Of a stretch of DNA of 64,000 nucleotides, positions 1 through 11,670 are shown piece by piece. This stretch comes from Octopus vulgaris. Its lineage: Eukaryota. Numbering within the stretch: the stretch's first letter is position 1; each line of letters starts with the position of its first letter. The notes under the pieces were generated by a model. It was given only the letters and a program-made list of their open reading frames with translations. It was not told where the DNA came from and did not search any database. Location of the stretch: NCBI GenBank assembly GCA_951406725.2, contig OX597835.1, forward strand, positions 29,326,001-29,390,000. Reading direction: 5' to 3'. The position numbers were made by a program, and so were the translations under genes.

Positions 1-44
1 TAGCAAATAAATAAATAAAACGGATGCCAGGATTATTTGTTGCC

Positions 45-256
45 TTCTTCTCGTTTCAGTCATTGGATTGCGACCATACGGAGAAAACCCCTTCAAGAAT
101 TTAGTCGAACAAATTGATCCCAGTGCATATTTTCAAGCTTGCAACTAATTGTATCAGTCTCCCTTGCCAAAGCGTTAAGTTATGAGGACGTAAATAAACC
201 AACACCACTTATCAAGCGGTGGGATAACAAAGGCACAAACACACACAGATAGACAT

Positions 257-303
<47 letters not shown>

Positions 304-504
304 TACATGCATACATACACACTCACGCGCATATATGCAACAGGCCTTCATGCGATTCCTGTCTACCAAATTCAGTCTCAAAACATTAATTGACAAAGGG
401 CTATAACGAGAAGATACATATCGAAAGTGCTCCGTCTGACGATTGAACCCAAGTCCACGTGGCAGCAAAGCGAACTTTTTAACCACACAACCCTGTCTTC
501 GCCT
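45..504 (-). mobile_element. tRNA-derived SINE family A, degenerate copy
   Basis: Colinear with the cleaner copy at 558-944 (gtttcagtcat... tail, central CA tract, ...ctaccaaat...gaacc...accacac head). Confidence 0.75.
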
Positions 505-557
505 ATATAAGAGGACCGTTAATATCCAACTATCTGCTCGGATTAAACGATAATCAT

Positions 558-944
558 ACTCTCTTTTACTCTCTTCTACTTGTTTCAGTCATTTACTGCA
601 GCCATGCTGGAGTACCGCCTTTAGTCGAGCAACTCGACCCCGGTACTTATTCTTTGTAAGCCCAGTACTTATTCTATCGGTCTCTTTAGCCGAACCGCTA
701 ATGTGACGGGGACATAAACACACCAGCATCGGTTGTCAAGCAATGCTAGGGGGACAAACACAGACACACAAACTTACACACACATATACATATATACGAC
801 GGGCTTCTTTCAGTTTCCGTCTACCAAATCCACTCACAAGGCTTTGGGCGGTAGAAGATACTTGCCCAAGGTGTCACACAGTGGGACTGAACCCGGAACC
901 ATGTAAGTAAGCAAGCTACTTACCACACAGCCACTCCTGCGCCT
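558..944 (-). mobile_element. tRNA-derived SINE family A (octopus OK/OR-type), near full length
   Basis: Minus strand reads ggcgcaggagTGGCTGTGTGG (A box)...GGTTCAGTCCC (B box)...ccttgggcaagt core, internal TA/CA tract and aagagtaaaagag tail. More than 15 related copies in the window. Confidence 0.9.
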
Positions 945-1233
945 CTGTTGATTAATGTAAATAAATAAATAAATTCTATCTCTTAGCCGTTTTGTTAATG
1001 GTTTTATCAGAAGAGATATTGGTCACCTCCGTGACCCTTTACAGGACTCACGAATGACCCTCACCCACAGTACTGAGGGAAGGTAAAGAGTCAGTTTTCT
1101 TGGGCTGAACGACTTGTTAGTGAAGCTGTTAAGGAGATGGATTAAGCCTGTGGTATTTTAATTATACCCACCCAACCAATTTCCGCGGGATATATGTGTC
1201 GCAAAAAAAGTATATTTACATAGCACATGTGTG

Positions 1234-1274
<41 letters not shown>

Positions 1275-1339
1275 ACAGACACACACAAACAAACTAGGTG
1301 TAGCTACCTCGCACATGCGAGTCTACAATGGTAGCATGT

Positions 1340-1592
1340 ACCACGCTTCACTTGTCGTTTTAGGTGCCTATGTAGTCGTGGTGCAGACATACACTCCATC
1401 ACCTTGATCCGGTGAAATATCGAGGATGTGACATGTGGAGGAAGAGGATTTGCTGGTACTCATTTTCAGGTGAGTACGCTCGAACAACGTGAAGTGAAGT
1501 ACCTTGTCCAAGGATATAACGTACAGCCCAGTCCAGAAAGCGAAGCCGTGACCTTTCGATCGTAAGCCAAACACACTAACCACTAGGTCACG
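1340..1592 (-). mobile_element. tRNA-derived SINE family C, degenerate
   Basis: Minus strand gcgtgacctagtggttag...ccttggacaaggtacttcacttcacgttg matches family C copies at 7961 and 21963. Confidence 0.55.
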
Positions 1593-1975
1593 CACACACA
1601 GGCATACACACACACGCCCGCTCTCAAACACACCTACACTCTCATACTTATTAAAATATGAATGTATATATAAAAATATATACCACTTTTATTCAATGAA
1701 AATTATTCCTATTCCACTGAAGATGCCACTGGAAAGCAGACCTTTTCAGAACCCTTCTAAATGACATATTCACAATATGATCATAAACTAACTACCTTGA
1801 GGTAAAGAATTTAAGAACTTTGAAACGGAGCTTCTAAGAATAACTAACACAGCAGTATTTAAAAATAATTTTGAAATTTTTTGAAATTTTTTGAAATCAA
1901 TCACAGTATTTATAAATTCTTAAACAGTGTACACACTTTCTGACAAGGTTAATTTACAGTAGGAACTTAAGAAAA

Positions 1976-2027
<52 letters not shown>

Positions 2028-2202
2028 CAGACAGAAAGAAAGAAACTCACTCACTCACACATTGCATTTAATGAAAAACAGCGAAGAAAAATAATAATAC
2101 AAAATACGCTCAATAACATTCAGCAGGAAGCGAAATTGTACCCACCAAACATGATTCAGAAGAAAGTGTAGTCTTTAACCAAATGCTTGTGGTCTTTACG
2201 TG

Positions 2203-2283
2203 TTGTGATGTTCTCCTGTGGTCTGTAAGTGATGTGTATACGTCGTATACACAACACTAAAAGACCATATGAGAACATCACAA
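2203..2283. repeat. Imperfect palindrome / hairpin with ~40-bp arms
   Basis: ttgtgatgttctc-ctgtggtct-gtaagtga-tgtgtatacg | t | cgtatacaca-acactaaa-agaccatat-gagaacatcacaa. Confidence 0.85.
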
Positions 2284-3255
2284 ACCTGAAATTCAGGTTA
2301 ATAGATTCTGCAAACTATGTGCCTGAAAAAGATAACATACTAAACTACTAATGATTGTGTCAATGGGAAACACCAGTACAGTAATTCGTTGTTGAACAAT
2401 ATTAGCAATAAAAGTAGATGCAGTTGACCCGCTTTGATTTCTTTGGATTCTGGCTGTCAGTTTCAGAACCTGTCTTTACTAAAGCTCTGAAATTCGGAGA
2501 GATTGATAGCGATTTTGGTGATAAAAAAATCGACAGGAAGTCACTGCAGTTTGGCTGAGGATTTGAGGTCATGTTGATGGGAGGCTCAACAAAATGGCGA
2601 TCGGCGATGTGTTGTGATTAGACATAAATTATGGGCTTGTAGCGTGATGATGGGTTAGTAAAGTCAAACAAAGTAGTGAAAATGCCGATGATAAAGTTTT
2701 AAAAAGATTTAATTAGTAATATTAAAGAACTATGTGTTCTACATCAATGTAACTACGAAAATAACGAGTTCTAACTTGCTACATGTTAATTTAGATCGCG
2801 TACAGAGTGAAAAAGTAAAGACCGATCAATGGAGAAGGGCAACTTTGAATGAGAAGGGGAGATAATTTTATGAAATTTACAAATAACGTCACGGTTGAAT
2901 TACAATCCTTTGGAGAAATGTACAATTTGATATATGTACGTGTGTGTACTTGTCGTATATGTAAATATGTGTGTGTGTGCTTGCGTACGTGGGTGTGTAT
3001 GTGTGTAGACTCCTTATGCACACGTGGTTGTATGCATATGTTCGTTTCAGGAAAATCAAGTAAAGAATTTTTTAATGTTTAGGTACTCCAGTCTAATGAC
3101 TGAAACATGAAAAAGATAGAAAAAGAACAAAAAAAACACCTCTTCTCTGTCCTACAGTCGATTGTATTTGAAGGATGTGTGTCTCTGTGCTTTGTTCCTT
3201 CATAGAAACCCTCAGTATCGAAGACATTACTGTGTTTAATTAAGAAAACAAAGAT

Positions 3256-3548
3256 AGGCGCAGGAGTGGCACCTCGGGCAAGTGTCTTCTACTATAGCCT
3301 CGAGTCGACCAAGGATTTGGTAGACGGAAACTGAAAGAAGCCCGTCGTATGTATGTATGTATGTATGTATGTATGTATGTATGTATGTATGTATGTATGT
3401 GTGTGTATATGTTTGTGTACCTGTCACCCCAACATCGCTTGACAACAAAAGTTACGTCCCTGTAACTTAGCGGTTCGGCAAAAGGGACCGATAGAATAAG
3501 TTCTAGGCTTACAAAGAATAAGTCCTGGGGTCGATTTGCTCGACTAAA
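3256..3548 (+). mobile_element. SINE family A with head deletion
   Basis: ggcgcaggagtggcacctcgggcaagtgtcttctactatag...gaagcccgtcgtat...gcggttcggcaaaag... Confidence 0.85.
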
Positions 3549-4057
3549 AAAAGTGGTTTTGTAAACTACCTTTAATCATATACAAATTAATTTTACGTAA
3601 GAATGAAAAAAGAAAAACGGGTAGTTATTGGCGGGTGGATAGGAGGATGGCTGGAGTGATTGGCGATGTACAAATTAGCGAGTTTCGGGTGTGGTGAGTT
3701 TTAAAGTCTCTACAACTTGTGTAATAGTGATAATATTACACTTGAATTATTATCATCCGATCTGCAAGGCAACGACACCTAAAAAGTAGTGACTGGATGG
3801 TGGAGATGGCGGTGGTGGTGTAGGGGGAGAAGGGGCTGTTGGTGTTACGGATGGTTTCCGGGCATTAGTGGTAGTGAAAGACATGATGCCGTTGTTTTTG
3901 TTGGTGGTGGTGTTGATTAGTTAAAGACCGTGTTGTTTTAGCAAATAACTTATTATTGTCTTTTGTTTGTGGAGGTGGTAAAAATATTATCGATGTGTTT
4001 GTCATATTTTTCGTCTCAGTTTTGAATGTATACTTGAACATATGTATTTGTATGTAT

Positions 4058-4119
<62 letters not shown>

Positions 4120-4526
4120 ATAATAATATGAGGGAATATTATTACAAACTTACAGGGAAAAATTCAATTTAGAAATATTTTTTCTAATTTATATATACAT
4201 ATATATATGTGTGTGTGTGTGTGTGTGTATGTGTGTGTATGTGTGTGTGTCTGTGTGTGTGTCGGTGTGTGTGTTCATGTATGTATGTGCGTGTGTATGT
4301 CTGTGCAAGTATGTAATTAATTACCCATATATGGTTATATATTATATATATACCTAGCTGAATGTGTACTCACACACTCATGCACATACACACACACACG
4401 CACATGCACGCACGCACGCACACGCGCGCGTACAGACAGACATACAAAAAACACATAAACATACATGCAGTTGTATAAAAAAAATTATATATCCATATAT
4501 ATATAAATATATGCAATAGTATGAAA

Positions 4527-4562
<36 letters not shown>

Positions 4563-5306
4563 GTATATATATACTTACAACCATCTACATGTGTGTGTGT
4601 CTTGTGTGTGTGCGTGTGTGTGTGTGTATGCGCGTAAGTGAGTGTTTGTGTATGTGTGTGTGCGCGCGTATACGAACGTATATATGACTATATCTACAAA
4701 TATAATTACTATTTATATACATCTCTATATATATATGACATGCGATGCTTATTCGGACGTCTTTGAGATGTAAGCGGGCGGCGTGGAGGTTGATGCAGGA
4801 TCGGACTAACAGTCGCCATATTAGTTTGGCGAATAATTACTTTTCCCACAATATCCCAGAGCAGACAGTCGGGTTCTCCAGAGACTATTTAATAACTACC
4901 AACAGTACCCCACCTTAGGGGGGAAACAAGCATATAAAGAAAACATTGACTATATATTGTAACAGAATCGCGTGTGCTTATGACTTTGTGTGTGTGTATA
5001 TAAATATATTTATATGTGTGTATATATATATAAATATATGTGTGTATATATATGTATATGTATGTATATAATCTTTGTATGTGCATGTTGTATATATATA
5101 TTTCCTGTATCCGTGCCCTCATCCGTTCCAAGTCTTATAATGTCTCTGTCTGCCGCTTGCATTTCTAAGATTTCAGGTGAAAGAATTTTGATGATCCGCG
5201 TATTATTATTGTCTCTAATATCGTCTAAAAAATGTTGAAAATTTTCTAAAATAAATAAATAAACAATTACGATGAAATTCGACGAAATAGATATAATATA
5301 AATAAG

Positions 5307-5470
5307 ACATGTCTGTGTGGTTAAGGAGCTCGCTTTGCAGCCTAAAGTTTTCATGTTCAGTCCCATTGCGCGCCATCTTGTGCAAGCGGGGTTCTTTTAC
5401 TGTAGCCACGCGGCCAACAAGTGTTTTGTGAGTGAATTTGATAGACGAAAACTGTTTAGATGCGTGTGAA
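5307..5470 (+). mobile_element. SINE family A, 5' part
   Basis: A-box- and B-box-like head followed by ttgtgagtgaatttgatagacgaaaactg. Confidence 0.65.
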
Positions 5471-5554
5471 GCACACACCAGTACGCACGCACACACACAC
5501 ACAAACACACATACATATATATATAAGTACATATTCATTCTTATATGGTGAAGG

Positions 5555-5805
5555 TGCTCACAATCATGAGATAATGAGTTCGATTCCCTGATTGGACAGT
5601 GTGTTTATTTCAAGTTGCTCCAGTTCAGCCAGCCGTATCAGCCTTTGACTTCCCCTTAAATAACATCGGCGACGAGAAGTGAGGAGGCTGGTATGCATGG
5701 GTGACTGCTATTCCTTCGCAAACAATCTTGCCCGGACTTGTACCTCGGAGGGGAACATTTTTGGCGCAATTCCATAGTCATTTACGACTGAAGGGGGCCC
5801 TTACC
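5555..5805 (+). mobile_element. SINE family C, degenerate
   Basis: gagttcgattccc B box then gttgctccagttcagccagc, similar to 22090-22230. Confidence 0.5.
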
Positions 5806-5866
5806 ACATTTTATATATTCATAGATAACTTATATTCATATATATGTATATCTATCTATATATATA

Positions 5867-5931
<65 letters not shown>

Positions 5932-6037
5932 TAGAAAAAAACACCTTTTATCAACCTTTTATATATGTATTTTGTGAAATTTGATTTAGTATTTCTAAAC
6001 TGAATTTTTCCCTGTAAGTTTGGAATAATATCCCCTC

Positions 6038-6085
<48 letters not shown>

Positions 6086-6128
6086 TGGTGATTCAACCAG
6101 GAAAATATGAGTATATGTATATTTTTAA

Positions 6129-6245
6129 TAATATTTAGCAGAAGCAACAAAGTGACTCAAAGGTCGAAAGCTTCGTGCATTTGATAAGTGCCAACGCACG
6201 AAACTCTCGGACCTTGAGTCGCTCTTTTGCTTCTGCTAAATATTA
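6129..6245. repeat. Inverted repeat (~52-bp arms) containing a decayed hammerhead core
   Basis: taatatttagcagaagca...ttcgtgc pairs with gcacgaaa...tgcttctgctaaatatta. Centre reads TTGATAA-gtgc-caac-gcac-GAAAC. Confidence 0.75.
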
Positions 6246-6332
6246 ATAGACAGATAGATACACAGATATTTATAATGCATTATTTACATTATTTACATTT
6301 GACGGATATTTGTCCTCATCTTGTTTGTTGTT

Positions 6333-6378
6333 AACATAACGTTTCGGCTAATATATCCTCCAGCCTTCATCAGGTGTC
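6333..6378 (-). ncRNA. Minimal type I hammerhead ribozyme
   Basis: Minus: gacac-CTGATGA-a-ggctg(gaggatatat)tagcc-GAAAC-GTT-atgtt. One stem I mismatch. Confidence 0.75.
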
Positions 6379-6442
6379 TTGGGGAAATCTCTAACCTGGG
6401 CTCTCATTCTTAAGGTCTTTTTCGATGTTGTTGTTGTTGTTG

Positions 6443-6520
<78 letters not shown>

Positions 6521-6593
6521 GCATATGGCGTAGTGGTTAAAGGCGCGGTCTACTAACCCCAAGATTCCGAGTTCTATTCCAGGCAGTGATCTC

Positions 6594-6666
<73 letters not shown>

Positions 6667-6904
6667 CCTAAAGCCAGCTGGAGACGATGTTCTCCTGGAG
6701 CTACAAGCTACAGTAACACCCACCCTTAGTGGTTAGCCATATTGAGATGGCAAGTATAACACATTGTCGTGCAGTTACTGTTCACACCTCGTTCAGAAAT
6801 TTATTATTGCTAATAATAATCATAATAATAATAATAATGATAGTAATAATACTAACATCGAAAAATACCTTAGGAATGAGAATCCAGGTTCGAAATTTCC
6901 CCAA

Positions 6905-6950
6905 GACATCTAATGAAGGCTGGAGAGTGTATAAGCCGAAACGATGTGTT
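6905..6950 (+). ncRNA. Hammerhead ribozyme with mutated core (probably inactive)
   Basis: gacat-CTAATGA-a-ggct...agcc-GAAAC-GAT-gtgtt. Core G>A change and NUH site lost. Confidence 0.55.
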
Positions 6951-7039
6951 AACAACTGATAAAATGAGGACAAATATCCGTCAAATGTATATAATGTACA
7001 TAATTCCTCATCTCTTAAATATAGAGCGGATATTTATAA

Positions 7040-7245
7040 GTCAGCAACCTTACCGCGCTTGTTTGGAAAGAGAGGTGGTTTTCCGATAGCCTGAGGGATG
7101 AAAAGCAAGACTCATCGCGTGGTAGACGAACTCAGACGAGCCAGTGGATATCCAATACAGTCAAGAGTAGATGGTGTTCACCAGTCGTAAGGGAGGAAAT
7201 CCATCTAGAAGGAGAAACCTCTTGAATAAAACCGTTTAGCGAGGA
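7040..7245 (+). mobile_element. Possible 5' UTR relic of an RTE-clade LINE
   Basis: ccatctagaaggagaaacctcttgaataaaacc resembles the motif ...CTAGGAGAAGGAAAACTCTGAATTCAAACC recalled from RTE 5' UTRs. No ORF follows. Confidence 0.3.
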
Positions 7246-7318
7246 CTTGCACAGAAAACAATTAACATGAAGATGGTATTGATTCGTCTACGGACGAGTC
7301 ATATATATAAATGCGTTT

Positions 7319-7384
<66 letters not shown>

Positions 7385-7481
7385 TGTATGTGTGCGTGTA
7401 AGTGCATGCGTGCGAGTGCGTGTGTGTATGTATGTATGTATGCACTTATGTATATATGTATGCATGTATATATGTGCGTAG

Positions 7482-7893
7482 AAGTGGCTGTGTGGTAAGT
7501 AGCTTGTTTACCAGCCACATGGTTCCGGGTTCAGTCCCACTGCATGGCACCTTGGGCAAGTGTCTTCTACTATAGCCTTGGGTCGACAAAAGACTTGTGA
7601 GTGGATTTGGTAGACGGAAACTGAAAGAAGCCCGTCGTATATATGTATACACATATATATATGTGTGTATGTGCGTATGTGTTAGTGTGTCTGTGTTTGT
7701 CCCTCCCAACATCGCTTGACGACCGATGCTGGTGTGTTTACGTCACCGTAACTTAGCGGTTCGGCAAAAGAAACCGATAGAATAAGTACTAGGCTTACAA
7801 AGAATAAGTCCTCGGGGTCGATTTGCTCGACTAAAGGCGGTGCTCCAGCATGGTCACAGTCAAATGACTGAAACAAGTAAAAGAGTAAAAGAG
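7482..7893 (+). mobile_element. SINE family A, full length
   Basis: gtggctgtgtggtaagtagcttg...ggttcagtccc...ccttgggcaag...aaacaagtaaaagagtaaaagag. Confidence 0.92.
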
Positions 7894-7960
7894 TATATGT
7901 ATGTATGCATGCGTGCATGCATGTTTGTGTGTATGCATGTATGTATCCATGTGTCTGTGA

Positions 7961-8220
7961 AGGCGTGCGGCCTAGTGGTTAGGGCATTGTACTCACGGTG
8001 GCTAGATCACTGGTTCGAATCCGGGATTGGGTGACGCGTTTTTTATTCTTGAACAAAGCACTTCATTTTACGTTCCTCCAGTCCACTCACCTGTGAATGG
8101 GTAATGATGTCACAGAATAGCTTAGCTAGAGAGGTGGCGTCATTCGAAGGCTAAAACAATGAAAAGTGCATTGTGACCGGCGATGTGTAGCGGTATCCAA
8201 TACCGTGAGAACCGTGATAC
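7961..8220 (+). mobile_element. SINE family C
   Basis: ggcgtgcggcctagtggttagggc...GGTTCGAATCC...ttcttgaacaaagcacttcattttacgttcctccagtccactca. Confidence 0.7.
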
Positions 8221-8388
8221 ACACACACACACACATACATACACACGCACAAATACACACGCAGACTCACACACACACACACACAAATATATATATGTAT
8301 GTATATATGTGTATGTGTGTATTTATATATATATTCTTTTTATATGTTTCAGTCCAATGACTGTGGTCATGCTGGAGCATATATATCA

Positions 8389-8465
<77 letters not shown>

Positions 8466-8477
8466 ATTATGATTATT

Positions 8478-8670
8478 ATTATTATTATAAGCAATTGATT
8501 CGGATTCCGTGCTACTTCAAGTTTCGAAGTCCCTAACGAAGTCTATCAGCTCAGGCAGGTGAAAATCTGAATCCGATTCAGTTTCTCACCAGCCTGAGTA
8601 GATTAGGCTGTGTTAGGGGCTTCGCAACTTGAAGGAGCATCGAATCGGAATCGAACTGTTTTGAATAATA
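8478..8670. repeat. Long imperfect palindrome (MITE-like hairpin)
   Basis: tgctacttcaagtttcgaagtccctaac...ctcaggcaggtgaaaatctgaatc mirrors gattcagtttctcaccagcctgag...gttaggggcttcgcaacttgaaggagca. Confidence 0.8.
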
Positions 8671-8730
8671 CATGTAACTCCTAATAAATGTATTGAGTGC
8701 CCTTTTCTTTCATTTCTCAACTCACTCGTA

Positions 8731-9760
8731 TACGAGGGAGTAACCAAAAGAAACATGAATTTTGCAACATAAAATTTACTTAATTTGATATGTTTATACT
8801 TTTATCACCTTCAAAGTATTTTCCATCTGAAGCAATGCACCTGCCCAGGTGAGTGTTCCACTGTTTGAAGCAATCATGGAACTCTAGTGAAGTGATTCCT
8901 TTTAACGCCTCCGTCATTTTTTCTTCACCTTTTCCACACCTGAAAAACATTTACCTTCAAAGATTTTTTTTCCTTTTTCATTTGGAGGCACAGAAGAAAA
9001 TCGCATGGAACAAGATCAAATGAATAGGGAGGGTGGATAAGCGAGATTATGCCATTTTTAGTCAAAAACCGTTTCACATTCAAAGCGTTGTGCACAGGTG
9101 CGTTGTCATAATGAAACCACCACTCTCCACTTTGCCACAGGTCGTGGCGTTTTCGTCCCACCACGTCTCGCAAACTCTTCAGAACTGGCAAGTAGAGTAT
9201 CTAGTTAACAGTTTGACCTGGAGGAACAAATTCTGTGTGAACATTTCCTTTCACATAGACGAAACAAACCAGCATCTTCTTCACACTGGACTTCATTTGA
9301 TGCGCTTCTTTGGGGCGTGGTGACATTGAATGCTTCCATTGACTTGATTGCTGTTTCGTTTCCTGGTCGTAGCCGTAGCACCAGCAATCCTTACCACTAA
9401 TGACCTTCGAAGAAAGGTCCGGATTAACTGTTCTTTCAGTTTACGACACGCGTTCAGTCGTCACTGCTTTTGATCTTCTGTGAGCAAGCGAGGCACAAAT
9501 TTTGTTGCAACTCTTTTCGGTCGCAATTCCTCATTCGCTGGAAGGAGCTCCAGAGCACACCAGTCTTATCAATTAGTTCGACAATTTTTCGCCGACGGTC
9601 CTCTAAGATCAGTTCACGAATATGTGTACAATATTTGTGCTTTTGATGGTTTGGTTGTTTATGTTGTTGTTTTATAGTTGCAGCTTGATCTTGATTCAGT
9701 AGACTCAGTGTCAAAGACATTCAAATTGCAGCGAACCTATTTTATTTCAACACAGCGTAA
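8731..9760 (-). mobile_element. mariner (DD34D) transposon relic
   Basis: TA + TIR cgagggagtaaccaaaag. ORF 8925-9191 has WWFHYDNAPVH and HPPYSFDLVPCDF (HDNA and YSPDLAPxD motifs). Frameshifted. Confidence 0.9.
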
Positions 9761-10162
9761 GTAACCTAGGACGGTATTCCTTCCATGTAAACTTTCTTAT
9801 TTTAAGACGATAGTGTATGATTTTTATGAGTCAGAGAGGATTTGATAGCTATTTCTCGCAGCACAAACGACCTTGTAGAGGCTTATTAATTGGCTCTTAT
9901 TTGTCAGTTTTAACTATTGCTTTCGTTTCAACAATCGTCAGTCACAATCTATTAAACTTAAAATTGGAAATACCTTTAAGTCATTAACACCCACTAATCT
10001 GCTTTCACCAATGTTGTAATCCAGTCTATGCTTTCTAAAACATCGTTTTAAAGACAGTAGGGATTACTAAGAGAGAAATTTGGTTGCTATTTTTAGCTGT
10101 CACCTGTAGTGCGAGGCGTACAGTTTCCATCCGATCATTTGTTCACCTTAATTCACTGGAAA

Positions 10163-10345
10163 GCGGCGAGGTGGCAGAGTCGTTATCACGCGGGGCAAAA
10201 TGCTTAGCGGCATTTCGACTGTCTTTACATTCTGAGTTAAAATTCCGCTGAGGTTGACTTTGCCTTTCATCCCTTCAGGATAGATAAAATAAACCCCAGT
10301 TGGGCACTGGGATCGATTTAATTGACTTAGCTCCTCCAACCGAAA
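10163..10345 (+). mobile_element. SINE family B (Meta-domain-like centre), tail type 1
   Basis: gcggcgaggtggcagag...ctgagttaaaattccgc...gttgactttgcctttcatcc...gataaaataa. Confidence 0.8.
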
Positions 10346-10379
10346 TTAGTAACAATTATTATTATTATTATCATCATCA

Positions 10380-10468
<89 letters not shown>

Positions 10469-10469
10469 T

Positions 10470-11223
10470 AGTAGTATATTTTTTATATCGTGCTTTCACT
10501 TCACTACCGAGCGCAGCTCTGTGTGCCTTGGGTATGTGCTGTGATTTGTTGTGATGCTCTGATGTTTATTGTATGGAAAGTGTTCTGCGTAGGATGTATG
10601 CAGTGCCTAGTAGTGCAATTTTCTGTATGTTATATGTGTTTGTAAGTCCTGGTGTTTTTGTTATGTTTTTGTCTGAATATTTTTTTATCATGCCTAATGC
10701 ACCTATTATGATAGGAATTGTTTCTGCTTTTAGATTCCACATTCTGGTTACCTCTATTTCCAGGTCTTTGTATTTTGAAAGTTTCTCCATTTCTTTTAGA
10801 GACACGTTGTCATCCGCTGGTATTGATACATCAATTAGAAAACATTTTTTTTCTTCATGATCTCTGATACCTATATCTGGTGTGTTGGCCTTAATTTCTC
10901 TATCTGTGTGTATTGGCATATACCAGAGTGTGGTTGCTTTCTCGTTTTCTGTGACCTTTTCTGGTGTGTGCCTATAACATATTTTTTCTGTTGTTATTCC
11001 ATAACGATGGCATAGTTTCCAGTGTATATAGGTCCCAACTCTGTCGTGTCTGTGAATATATTCCTCCTTAGCTAGGACTGGGCAGCCAGAGATAATATGA
11101 TTTATTGTTTCTTGTCCATCTCCACATATTCTGCAGTTACTTGTTATATTTCTTTTCATTACATGTTTTTGGTAATTTCTGGTGGGGAGGCTTTGGTCTT
11201 GTGCTGCAATTAAAAATCCTTCC
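10470..11223 (-). mobile_element. 5'-truncated R4/Dong-clade non-LTR retrotransposon within (TAA)n
   Basis: Encodes the C-terminal RLE region. (TTA)n tracts on both sides (10352-10468, 11224-11440). Confidence 0.88.
10566..11159 (-). pseudogene. Dong/R4 ORF C-terminus: CCHC knuckle + restriction-like endonuclease
   Basis: CRICGDGQETINHIISGC, RHD, PDI...IDVSIP...EKLSKY, IPIIIGALG. Confidence 0.88.
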
Positions 11224-11381
<158 letters not shown>

Positions 11382-11392
11382 ATTAATATTAA

Positions 11393-11438
<46 letters not shown>

Positions 11439-11447
11439 ATTTTATTA

Positions 11448-11670
11448 AGGCGGCAAGCTGGCAGAATCGTTAGCGTGCAGGAAAAAAATGCTAAAGGGTA
11501 TTTCATCTGACTTTATGTTCTGAGTTCAACTTCCACCAAGGTAGACTTCGCTTTTTATCCTTTTGGGGTCGATAAAATAAGTCCCAGTTGAGCATTGGTG
11601 GGGGGGGGGAGTCGATCTAATTGACAAACTCCTCCCCGAAATAGCTGGCCTTGGGCCGAAATTTGAATCC
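11448..11670 (+). mobile_element. SINE family B, tail type 1
   Basis: ggcggcaagctggcagaatcgttagc...ggggtcgataaaataagt...gctggccttgggccgaaatttgaa. Confidence 0.85.

Larger units (their letters stand above)
6265..7039 (+). mobile_element. Non-autonomous tRNA-headed hammerhead retroelement (family D), inverted-partial + full arrangement, copy 1
   Basis: 11-bp TSD gatatttataa at 6265-6275 and 7029-7039. Inverted tail ~6280-6430, tRNA-like head 6522-6593, (AAT)n, sense tail ~6855-7025. Same architecture as 34167-35014. Confidence 0.85.

Noticed and set aside
1700-1845. CTGAAGA...GAAAC possible hammerhead
   Set aside because: Could not form convincing stems II and III.
5105-5225. Possible minus-strand exon (DDIRDNNNTRIIKILSPE...)
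   Set aside because: An acceptor-like AG is present, but there is no convincing GT donor or recognisable homology.
6522-6593. tRNA gene
   Set aside because: A/B boxes are present, but there is no acceptor stem and the anticodon arm is poor; it is the head of family D.
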